A DNA stretch of 49,931 nt from Fibrobacterota bacterium (lineage in GTDB: Bacteria; Fibrobacterota; Fibrobacteria; UBA11236), in NCBI GenBank assembly GCA_043753995.1, contig JAYUVP010000149.1:1-49931 (forward strand), in the 5' to 3' direction. The notes below the pieces were generated by a model. It did no database searches, was not told the DNA's origin, and worked only from the letters and a program-made list of their open reading frames with translations. Below are positions 17,333 to 26,500 of this stretch, piece by piece. The position numbers and the translations under genes were made by a program. How positions within the stretch are numbered: position 1 is the first letter of the stretch; the number at the start of each line of letters is the position of its first letter.

Positions 17333-18112
17333 ATGTTAAGGAAATTCTTAATCGCCTCCATACCGACCATCGCCTTGATTGGTTGCCTGAATGAATCCGT
17401 TGAAGCCCCGGTTCAGCATCATTCCCAAGCTGGACAACCTGAATCAGCCATCGAACTGAGGACCTTGGAAACACCTGTAAAAATCAAGGTGGGCGCGAAA
17501 TCGGTGACGGTCTATCGATCGCCGGATGGCTTTGATGTGATTGAATCCACCCAACCGAAAGGGGAAGCGTCTTTGCTTACCCCTCAAATGAGCGGAAAAA
17601 CTTGGAAGGAAATCGCGGAAACCATTGCACCCGGAAGCGAGGTGGCACCGAGCCATGCAAATGAAATCTATCTGGGAGAAACGGGTATTCCCTCCCCTGT
17701 CGAAATGGCGCCCATGGAGGGACAGTTCAATCCATCCCTGACAACGGATATTCTAGGGAAGAAAGCCGCAGATGCGGCCTGGTTCCAACAAAACTTTTGC
17801 ACCGTAGGCTTAGCCTTCAGTTGGTGTCTTCTGAATCGATGGGGAGGCAATGATTGGGGACAGACGAATGCCAAATATTCGAAAGCACATATCATTATGA
17901 ATTCGGGTTCTCAGGTCGTATTCTCCATCAAATCCGGAGGGAAGCGCACATTGACGACCACCATTTTGAACGACAATATCGTCCATTGGTTTCAAACCTT
18001 CAGCAGTCGGGTGGATGGTATTTACAGATTGGAATCACACCGTTATGACATCACCAACTCCGATGTCGCGAATAACAACTGGCATTGGTCCTGTTACGCG
18101 ACCACTTGGTGA
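17333..18112 (+). CDS. Hypothetical lipoprotein
   Basis: Lipobox LIGC; LGKKAA linker before a Cys/Trp-containing C-terminal domain. Confidence 0.75.
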   Translation: MLRKFLIASIPTIALIGCLNESVEAPVQHHSQAGQPESAIELRTLETPVKIKVGAKSVTVYRSPDGFDVIESTQPKGEASLLTPQMSGKTWKEIAETIAPGSEVAPSHANEIYLGETGIPSPVEMAPMEGQFNPSLTTDILGKKAADAAWFQQNFCTVGLAFSWCLLNRWGGNDWGQTNAKYSKAHIIMNSGSQVVFSIKSGGKRTLTTTILNDNIVHWFQTFSSRVDGIYRLESHRYDITNSDVANNNWHWSCYATTW

Positions 18113-18319
18113 AATCATAGGAGGACCCCTATGAATCAAAAGCAATAGTGGTCCGAAAAAGCTGTCCCTCCGGCGGGTCGCAGATTGCATACTCTAAAAT
18201 AGGCCATGGCCTTGGCTCCGAACCCCTCAAAAACTCCTGAGGGATCTCCTCTTTAGGCTCCCTCTTTGTTTACTATCACGCGGGGTTGTGCTTGGATTGT
18301 AGATGGGGAGCCAAAGAAA

Positions 18320-18778
18320 ATGGACATAGCAGATCGAATAGCAATCATTCAAACCTTGCTTTCCACGCAACGGAATAAGCAATCCGAATACGAACGCGAA
18401 TCCGCCGCTCTGGATCAAGCGGCGGCCCTGGAAACCAAAAGCAGCGCTGGGGACAAATATGAAACCGGCCGCGAGATGATCGCGCAAAGCCGCAACATCA
18501 TCCAGCGCAATTTGTCGGAGGCCGTTGCCAACGGCGATGCCTTGCAGCGCATGGCAGTGGCGGCTTTACAAGACCGAATCAGTTTCGGTACCCTGGTGGA
18601 GACGAGCCTGGGATGGTATCTCCTGGGCGTCGGCCTTGGCGAGTTGGAATACCATGGAATCCGCATCGGCACGGCATCGCTGGCCAGTCCACTGGGTGCG
18701 GCCTTGAAAGGCAAGCGCGCAGGCGACAAAATTCCCTGGAAAGGTGGGACCTTGGAGATTTTTGCCTTAAGGCATTAG
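18320..18778 (+). CDS. GreA/GreB-related protein (ETKSSAGDKYETGR subfamily)
   Basis: ETKSSAGDKYETGREM, ISFGTLVET, SLASPLGAALKGKRAGD; GGGGAG RBS before ATG 18320. Confidence 0.8.
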   Translation: MDIADRIAIIQTLLSTQRNKQSEYERESAALDQAAALETKSSAGDKYETGREMIAQSRNIIQRNLSEAVANGDALQRMAVAALQDRISFGTLVETSLGWYLLGVGLGELEYHGIRIGTASLASPLGAALKGKRAGDKIPWKGGTLEIFALRH

Positions 18779-18900
18779 CTCCCGGCCTTTGTTCCACTTT
18801 GCAAAGCATATCCCTGCCTTGTTTATCGTTCGGCGCGACGCGGCGGGCATAGGCCTGACCGGGAATCCATGGTTGATGTTACGGTGATCACTTATTCAGT

Positions 18901-19131
18901 CAGATAACCTATTCCCTCCTCTGACTCCAGGGTTTTTGCCCTGGTGGTGACTGGCCCCCGGGATGTTGCGTTGGGTCGCCGATTGGCTTGTCTAGGTGGT
19001 CTTATCCATGTTTCGTAGCATCGACTCCTCGGTTACTTTCACGGCTCTCGAAGAGCGCATTTTGGCCATCACCATTGCAAGGAGCGCGACGATGCGTTCA
19101 AGCAGAGCATAGCCCGGAAGCCCAAGGCCAA
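18901..19131 (+). pseudogene. ileS: Second partial duplicate of ileS promoter/leader and first ~38 codons
   Basis: Aligns to 23465-23691; ATG intact at 19008 (MFRSIDSSVTFTALEERILA), then a 14-for-6-nt replacement frameshifts it. Confidence 0.92.
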
Positions 19132-19141
19132 AGGAAACCGT

Positions 19142-20440
19142 TCATTCCAAGAACAGGGCTTGGGTATAGGTGCTGATATTGGATTTCTCGCCCTCGGGAG
19201 TGTTCTCGGGGAGGGGCGACTCAAATTCGATGCGGGCGTAGCGCATACCTTTATAATCGGACACGGGAGTTTTTCCGTCAAACGCGCGTGCGAGGTCCTG
19301 GGTCGGCAGCCACAGCAAGAGCTGATACTCCTCGGTGCCCTGGGACATCGACTTCTTGCCCACGAGGTAGATTTCACGCGGCAGCATGTCTCCGTTGAAC
19401 GGATCTGCCGGAGGCTGCAAAGCACCGAAGGGATAGCGAGCTGGGTCGAAGCGGTAGATGAGCGGCTTGTGCAAAACCACCTCCCCACTAGTCCTGTCTA
19501 CCGTGAAGAGCTTGACGCAGATTTTTTCCGTGAACTTTACATAGGGCCCCATGTAAAGGGTGGCCGCGACCAGGATGCCCTGCTTCCCACCGCGCAGCGA
19601 AGGCTTGTAACGGTAGGACCAACCGGAATCGGGATGGTAATGCATGAATAATGGGTAATAACTCGCGATATCGGTCGAGTCTCCGTTCGGCCAGAAATAG
19701 TGAAGGAGCGGGTTCATGAGGGAATGGGATAAGTTGACGCCTACCGCTAGGTGGAAAACCTGGGCGGGTGTCGCCGTCTGGTGAACTGACACAACCTGGT
19801 TGGCGACCAGGCTCGAGTTGTATCCGAAATATTCCAACTCGGAAAAATCGTCCACGTAGCCGTTTTTATCTTCGTCGACGCCATTCCCCACGCTCGTCAT
19901 CGGGACGCGGAAAAACGTTTCAGAGCCGGATGGGAAAAAGTCCCGTCCTCGCCTCAAGGTATAGTCGGCGCCCCTGCCATCATGGTATTCTGCCACCAAG
20001 GAATCCTCATTGGAAAAATTCTGTGCAAGGATGAATTCCAGGGCGATGATTGGACCCGACTCCACGGTGAAGTGGCGGCCCCACTCCTTGGAATCATTTT
20101 CCACCATCAAGGTTTCCTGGAAGGGATGAAAAACCTCCAGCGAGTCGTAAGCCCCCCAGTCCCCCATCAGGTCAATGAACTCCTTCGTGTTCAAGGCGCG
20201 ATGATCGGAAAGGGAAAACTCGCGCACGGGGGAACGGTACTGGCGGCAGCCCCTGAATCCAATGCTGTCCCCGTAACCGAAGGCATACTCTACGCAACGA
20301 TTACGGATGATGCGGAGCATCTTCACGTCGGGTGCGGCTGTGGGATTTCCGGTCCCAGAGGAGTTTTCACATCCGCAAAACGGCACGGACACGGTTGCTA
20401 GGAGGAAAAGCAGATTGCGGAGGCGCGGCATGACTGACAT
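19142..20440 (-). CDS. Hypothetical lipoprotein
   Basis: ORF 19142..20647; likely start 20440 giving a signal peptide ending in FCGC. Confidence 0.7.
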   Translation of the reverse strand: MSVMPRLRNLLFLLATVSVPFCGCENSSGTGNPTAAPDVKMLRIIRNRCVEYAFGYGDSIGFRGCRQYRSPVREFSLSDHRALNTKEFIDLMGDWGAYDSLEVFHPFQETLMVENDSKEWGRHFTVESGPIIALEFILAQNFSNEDSLVAEYHDGRGADYTLRRGRDFFPSGSETFFRVPMTSVGNGVDEDKNGYVDDFSELEYFGYNSSLVANQVVSVHQTATPAQVFHLAVGVNLSHSLMNPLLHYFWPNGDSTDIASYYPLFMHYHPDSGWSYRYKPSLRGGKQGILVAATLYMGPYVKFTEKICVKLFTVDRTSGEVVLHKPLIYRFDPARYPFGALQPPADPFNGDMLPREIYLVGKKSMSQGTEEYQLLLWLPTQDLARAFDGKTPVSDYKGMRYARIEFESPLPENTPEGEKSNISTYTQALFLE

Positions 20441-20789
20441 GAAAATACCAAGCTTATTTTGAGAGATACCCCGCTCCGATACTAAAGTCGACGCGGTAAA
20501 AAATACGCGGCAATCAGCAGCCGACGGTATCTCGCATTGACCCAAAAAAAATCTCCTTAGGCTCAATTCCAATTCGAAAAACCAGGCGCCCGAGGCGGTG
20601 TTCAAGGAGAAGTAGAGGCCTCCCGAAGCGCGATTTTGGCGGCTCAAGAATGCGACGGCGTCGATTATAGCGCCGAAGTCCCCGACAGCGCAATTTAACC
20701 TCCACTTCGGGGGGGAAGCTTTGGTGCCGAAAGCGTGACGGAACAGACTATTTTAGGCTCGCGCATTTCATTTTTATTGGAGGGTTCAA

Positions 20790-23102
20790 GTGAAAAACCG
20801 AGTCGCTTTTCCGGCTCTGCTATCGGCATTGCTGATAGCTAATCTCTACGGTGCCGTAGATACCGTCTTCACGCCTATCCAGGAACGGATTCTCGCAGGC
20901 ACCGATGGCAGTCGAATCGCCTACTCGCGCGATGGCGCGACACGCCTCGAATGCGAGTCGGATACAGTTCGGTTATACGACATGGGCTCACCGACCCCGA
21001 TTCAGAGTTTCAAAGTCCCCTTTATTATCCACAGCCTGCTGACGCCGCAATACGCTCGGGGGTCCGATGGTTTCATTGCGGTGGAGGGATGGGCAAACAA
21101 TAGCTATGCCGTTTACAAAATCTCCCTTCCATCCGGGGCGGTGGTCAAAGCCTTCTCGCTCCCTTCGTATGACGCCGTGGGACAAATGTTTTTTTCCGAG
21201 GATTTTTCGCTGGCCATCACCAGGCAAGCGGACACCACCTACTCGTTATTCGCTAACTCGTTCTCGGAAGTCGGCAAGGATTCGACCCGAAAATGCTTGG
21301 TCACTCCCAAGAAAAAGAAATTCGATTTCGCCACGTTCTCTCCCGACAAGAAAAAAATCGTCGCCGTTTCGCGGGCCGACACTTCGATTCAGATCTGGGA
21401 CGCCGCCAAAGACACCCTCCTGCAAGTCGTGAAATTCCCCCGGGAAATATTCGAAAAGGCTCACTTCAACCGGAGTGGCTCCCGGATATTCGTCCCCACC
21501 CTATCGAACCTTTCCGGCACCCAAGACGGGTATGCGATGGTCGATGCAGAAACCGGCGCATTACTCGGCGTCGACACCACCAATGCCTGCAAAATCCGCT
21601 ATTGGTTCATCAGCGAACTCCATTTCGACATTTCCGCCAACGACTCCTTGCTGGCCATCGGCGACGGATCCAATACCGGAGTCATCGATCTTTCCACGCG
21701 AACCTGCAAAGCCTCATTCCGAGGCCCGGTTCCCAATGACGATTGGGTGATAGGTCGCCCGGCTTTTTTACCCGGAGACACCTCCATCCAAATTCCGGCA
21801 TATCACAATGGAAGCTCGACATACCGCTGTTACCGGCAAAACGTCAATACCCGCAAGTTGCAAACGGTTTTCTCCAGGCAAGACCGGCCTTCTCCCGACT
21901 ATATCGGCTTCAACCAAAAAGGAGAGCCGCTTCTGGGCGGCTCCTACCGCTATTCAGGCATGGACAGCTATTCTGGCTTATACAAATTCGACACCCTGAT
22001 TTATTGGAATGCTGTGACGGGGAAGGAATTCTTGAAGCGCCTGCCGATAAGCCAACCGAGATCGGGCTCTACCGCCCTCTTCCATTCTTTTTCGCCCGAT
22101 GGAATGCGGTTGATTCGGGAATACTGGTATCTCGACTACGGCAATTATGCCCTTACGAAAATCGACATTTCCGACATCTCCGATACGGGACGCGTGGTGG
22201 CCTCCATCGGGTATGCCAACGGCACCCTGGTGCTTGCCCAGAATCATCGGTCGGTACTGAGTTTCGAAAGCAATACGGTGGCCATCACAGACACATACAC
22301 CGGAGACTCCTCGCGCATACCTTTCAAGTTGCCGCAGGGCTGGAAAGCCTGGGGCGCAGTGCCGGAGCGCAATATCGTTTTTGCCTGCAGCTCCTACCAG
22401 AAAGACAATCTCGCGAACCTGAGTTATTGGTTGACCGTGTGGAATCTCCGCACCAATGAAAAAATCAGCGACTTTGCCTTGACTAGTTTGGGCTGGTCCG
22501 ATGCCCATTACCAGAGTTCTCAGCCCAAGGTGCTGCTCACCCCAGACGGCCAGGAAATCATCGTGGCCTCGGCCAGCGGCGTCAAGAAAATGGACTTGGT
22601 GACAGGTAAGGAAAACCGATGGTTTTCCTGGAAAGAAGTGCGCTTGGTGCAATTTTCCCCCGGCGGCAAGCACCTTCTCATCGGCGACAGTTGCTATTCG
22701 ACCGACACCTGGGAAATGGAGCGCGTCTACTCCAAGGCTGGCTTGGCGAGTGTGGCCTTCAATCCCTTGAAGCCCAACGAATTTGTTTCCGGCACCAAGA
22801 CTTGGGAGCTTCCCGGCCCAAGCGAATCCCTGGCGCCCGGTGCGGCACCTAGGCGGCAACTCGGCTCCATCCGGCCTATCGGTGCGAGAAGCCTTCTCAT
22901 CGAGGTGCCGTCGGCGCAAGGAGAAAAGGCGAGCTTCGAATTATTCCAATCGGAAGGTCGCTGTGTCCTGAAAGCGCAAACCATTCTCGGCCGCGCGCGC
23001 CAGGTGGTCGCGATTCCCGAATTGGCGGCAGGCAGCTACTCCTATCGCCTGGAAGTGCCCGCCCTATCCGTGCGAGCGCAGGGAACCCTGGTCGCTCGCT
23101 AG
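20790..23102 (+). CDS. Secreted WD40-like beta-propeller protein with T9SS-like C-terminal domain
   Basis: Signal peptide; FSPDKKK, IQIWD, FSPDG, LTPDG, FSPGG repeats; C-terminal LAAGSYSYRL. Confidence 0.85.
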   Translation: MKNRVAFPALLSALLIANLYGAVDTVFTPIQERILAGTDGSRIAYSRDGATRLECESDTVRLYDMGSPTPIQSFKVPFIIHSLLTPQYARGSDGFIAVEGWANNSYAVYKISLPSGAVVKAFSLPSYDAVGQMFFSEDFSLAITRQADTTYSLFANSFSEVGKDSTRKCLVTPKKKKFDFATFSPDKKKIVAVSRADTSIQIWDAAKDTLLQVVKFPREIFEKAHFNRSGSRIFVPTLSNLSGTQDGYAMVDAETGALLGVDTTNACKIRYWFISELHFDISANDSLLAIGDGSNTGVIDLSTRTCKASFRGPVPNDDWVIGRPAFLPGDTSIQIPAYHNGSSTYRCYRQNVNTRKLQTVFSRQDRPSPDYIGFNQKGEPLLGGSYRYSGMDSYSGLYKFDTLIYWNAVTGKEFLKRLPISQPRSGSTALFHSFSPDGMRLIREYWYLDYGNYALTKIDISDISDTGRVVASIGYANGTLVLAQNHRSVLSFESNTVAITDTYTGDSSRIPFKLPQGWKAWGAVPERNIVFACSSYQKDNLANLSYWLTVWNLRTNEKISDFALTSLGWSDAHYQSSQPKVLLTPDGQEIIVASASGVKKMDLVTGKENRWFSWKEVRLVQFSPGGKHLLIGDSCYSTDTWEMERVYSKAGLASVAFNPLKPNEFVSGTKTWELPGPSESLAPGAAPRRQLGSIRPIGARSLLIEVPSAQGEKASFELFQSEGRCVLKAQTILGRARQVVAIPELAAGSYSYRLEVPALSVRAQGTLVAR

Positions 23103-23114
23103 TGCCAATGACAG

Positions 23115-23427
23115 GAGCGTAGGCAAATCAAAACCCCTTTCCCATCAAAACAATGCATTTGCGCGATGCCATGGGCGAGTATGCCGCAGGTCAGGAATTT
23201 CAGTAACGCCTGTGTGACGTACTTGGGAAGGCAATTGCCGGTTTCGGAAGAATGGTGGATAAAATCACGATTCAAAGGAACAGGTTGCTGTGTCTTACCG
23301 TGCACCACTTCGCAGCAATACCCTGGGGGAAGGCGAGGCCGACAAGAGCCAGTGAGTAAGGCGGGCCGAGCCTGGGGGGCGTTTGGGAAGCCCGGAACGA
23401 GTGGCTGAGCCCCCCGGAAAACCAGGG
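23115..23427 (-). mobile_element. ileS-proximal internally deleted IS91-like element (oriIS-like A7 23115-23150, transposase remnant, C module 23321-23427)
   Basis: GAGCGTAGGCAAATCAAAACCCCTTTCCCATCAAAA joined directly to the transposase remnant; C module bounded by CCCTGG...CCAGGG. Confidence 0.7.
23151..23250 (-). pseudogene. IS91-family transposase zinc-binding-domain remnant
   Basis: LPKYVTQALLKFLTCGILAHGIAQMHC resembles the IS91/IS801/IS1294 motif LP.FV..EF..YL.CG.L.HGF.R..C; truncated at the oriIS-like motif. Confidence 0.7.
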
Positions 23428-23473
23428 TAAACCCGCATTTTCAGGGCAATGGCACCTCTAAACCCAGATAACC

Positions 23474-23575
23474 TATTTTTCCCGCCTCTGATCCCAGGGT
23501 TTTTGCCCTGGTGTTGACTGGCCCCCGGGATGTTCCGTTGGGGCGGCTGATATGCTTGTCTAGGTGGTCCTATCC
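23474..23575 (+). promoter_or_regulatory. ileS candidate -10 box and structured leader with RBS
   Basis: TATTTT at 23474; hairpins CCAGGGT-TTTT-GCCCTGG and GCCCC...GGGGC; AGGTGG RBS 8 nt before the ATG. Confidence 0.4.
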
Positions 23576-26500
23576 ATGTTTCGTAGCATCGACTCCTCGG
23601 TTTCTTTCACGGCTCTCGAAGAGCGCATTTTGGCTTTGTGGGAGCGCGACGACGCGTTCAAGCAGAGCATAGCCCGGAAGCCCGAGGCCAAGACTTTCGC
23701 TTTCTTCGACGGGCCGCCTTTCGCCACGGGTTTGCCGCATTATGGACATTTGCTGGCCGGCACCATCAAGGACATTGTGCCGCGCTATTGGACTATGCGC
23801 GGCTATCGCGTGGAGCGCCGCTTCGGTTGGGATTGCCATGGCTTGCCCATTGAGAATTTGATTCAAGACGAGCTCAAGCTGCATTCCGTGCGCGATATTC
23901 AAAGCTTTGGCGTCGACAAATTCAATGAGGCTTGCCGCGCGGGCGTGCTGAAGTATACCGCCGAGTGGCGCAAGACCGTAACGCGTATGGGACGGTGGGT
24001 CGATTTCGACAATGATTATAAGACCATGGACCTCTCCTTCATGGAGTCGGTGTGGTGGGTCTTCAAGCAATGCTTCGATCAGGGCCTCATCGATCAAGGC
24101 TGGCGCATACAGCCTTATAGCCCGGCCCTGGCGACGCCGCTTTCCAATTTCGAAGTCAATCAGGGTTATAAGGATCGCCAAGACCCCAGCATCACCGTGA
24201 TTTTCCCGCTCGAAAGCCATGACAATCAGGGCGGCGACGAGAATTTCCTGGTATGGACCACCACGCCTTGGACCTTGCCCAGCAATCTCGCGGTGGCGGT
24301 GAAGGCCGATCTCGACTATGTGCTCGTCGATTATAAAGGCGATGCCAAGGGCGAAAGAGCAGGAAAATATTGGGTGGCCGAATCGCGGCGCTTGCACTTT
24401 TTCGGCGAAGGCGATGCCGTGATCAAGCGAGCGAAAGGCTCGGAACTCGCGGGACGTCGTTACAAGCCTCTCTTTCAGTACGCCCCATACTTGAGCGAAA
24501 AGCAATACTCGCTTTTGCTCGCCGAGTTCGTGAGCGATAGCGATGGCACCGGCGCGGTGCATATTGCCCCGTCTTTCGGCGAAGAAGATTTTCAGCTGGG
24601 CATGCAAGAGGGTTTGGGGCTTTGGGATCCGCTGGATGCCGAAGGCCGCTTCACGCATTTGGTTCCCGAATGGAAAGACATCGGTGCCAAGGATGCCGAC
24701 AAGAGCATCATTCATCGCCTCAAAAGCGAAGGTCGCATTTTCAAGCATGAGACTCTGGTGCACAGCTATCCGCATTGCTGGCGCACCGACGTGCCCTTGC
24801 TGTATCGCGCCTTGAAGGCTTGGTATTTGCGCCTCGATCGCGAATTGACGGGTCCGGACGGAACGCGCAAAACACTGAAGCAATGGATGATTGACAGCAA
24901 TCAACAAATCAATTGGGTCCCGGATCACATCAAGGACGGGCGTTTCGGCAAATGGCTCGATGGCGCCCGCGATTGGAATCTCTCGCGCAATCGCTTCTGG
25001 GGCACATGCATTCCCGTGTGGATTGGCGAAGACGGCGAAGGCATGATTTGCATCGGCAGCCGCGAAGAATTAGAGCGCCTATCGGGCGTCAAGGTCGACG
25101 ATTTGCACAAGCATATCATCGATCCCATTGTCATCCGCACCAAGGACGGCAAGACTTTCGACCCGCAGGGCAAGGCTTATCGCCGCACTTCCGAAGTGCT
25201 CGATTGCTGGTTCGAGTCGGGATCCATGCCCTATGCGCAAAATCATTATCCCTTCGAGAATCGCCGCGAGCTGGAAGAGCATTTCCCCGCCGACTTCATC
25301 GCCGAAGGGCTCGATCAAACGCGCGGTTGGTTTTACACCCTGACCGTTCTCTCGGCGGCTTTGTTTCAAAAACCGGCCATGAAGAATGTGATTGTGAACG
25401 GCATCATTCTGGCCGAAGATGGCCAGAAAATGAGCAAGCGTTTGCGCAATTATCCCGATCCGAATGAGCTCATCAATCGCACGGGCGCCGACGCCATTCG
25501 CCTCTTCATGATTGATTCGGCGGCGGTGAAGGCCGAAGATTTGAAGTTCTCTGAAATCGGTGTGAAAAACATCATTCGCTCGGTTTTGCTACCGCTATGG
25601 AATTCAGCTTGCCTCTTCGTGACCTATGCCAATGCCGACGCGGCCAAGGGCCAGCTCTCTTGGCGCCCAGGGCAGAAGCTGCGCAGCCCGCATGAACTCG
25701 ATCGCTGGATACTCTCCGATTTGCAGGGCCTGCTTTTGCAGGTGCGTCGTGAAATGGACGGCTATCGCTTATACAATGTGGTGCCCGCCGTGGTGGCCTT
25801 TGTCGACGATCTGACCAACTGGTATATTCGCCGCTCGCGTCGCCGCTTTTGGAAAAGCGAAGACGACAGCGACAAGAATTTCGCCTATGCCACGCTTTAC
25901 GAAGTACTCACCACTTTCGCGCGCGTGATGGCGCCTTTCTTGCCTTTCCTGGCGGAAGAATTGTGGCAAGTACTAGTGCGCGAGCCCTTGGCGGCGAATG
26001 CAGTGGGTAAAACGTCGGGTGCGGCGGACCTTCCCCTTTCCGTGCATTGGGCCGACTTTCCCGAATTTGAAGCGGCGCTTTATGACGAAGGCCTCAATGG
26101 CCGCATGCTTCGCGTGCGCCAGGCCGTCACTCTCGGGCGCGGCTTGCGCTCGGCTCATAATTTGAAGAATCGCCAGCCGTTGCGTCGTCTCATCGTGGTT
26201 TTGCGCAATGAAGCCCAACGCGAAGAGATGCTGCAAAACGAAGAGTTGGTGCGCGAAGAATTGAATGTCAAGCACCTCGAAGTGACGCTCGATGAGTCGA
26301 CTTTGGTGACCTATCGCGCCAAGGCCAATTTCAAAGCCCTCGGGGCTAGGCTCGGCAAGGGCATGAAGGCTTTCGCAGACAAAATTGCCGCCTTGCCGCA
26401 TGCCGAAGTAGCGCGCTTGGTGGCTGGACAAAGCTTGGAAATGGACGGCATCACCGTGACGGCTGCCGACATTTTGGTGCAGCGCGATGTGATGGAAGGC

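Larger units (their letters stand above)
711..23427. mobile_element. Putative IS91/ISCR-derived gene-capture array upstream of ileS (left boundary uncertain)
   Basis: Unrelated genes separated by co-oriented oriIS-like motifs, 107-bp C modules and partial ileS 5' duplications, plus IS91 transposase remnants. Confidence 0.65.

Noticed and set aside
18121..18145. Additional A copy (CCCCTATGAATCAAAAGC)
   Set aside because: Only AATCAAAA is shared; too short to support.
18845..18854. GGGCATAGGC as an A end remnant
   Set aside because: A 10-nt match with one mismatch could arise by chance.
13221..19131. ileS' copies as DGR template/variable repeats
   Set aside because: Differences are not adenine-specific and no reverse transcriptase is present.
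2742..23150. A or C repeats as a CRISPR array
   Set aside because: Copies are 0.7-6.6 kb apart, degenerate and separated by whole genes; no cas genes.
711..23427. Classical integron or tyrosine/serine-integrase genomic island
   Set aside because: No integrase in the window; A is not palindromic like attC; cargo is on both strands; the ileS' copies end at different positions, unlike a fixed att core.
23321..23575. T-box riboswitch upstream of ileS
   Set aside because: AGGTGGTCC is only a partial match to GGTGGNACCGCG and coincides with the RBS; no specifier loop recognised; C also occurs away from ileS coding sequence. An Rfam search would settle it.
23570..24928. 452-aa minus-strand ORF and similar long antisense ORFs over the che and cargo genes
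   Set aside because: Shadow ORFs opposite well-supported GC-biased genes.
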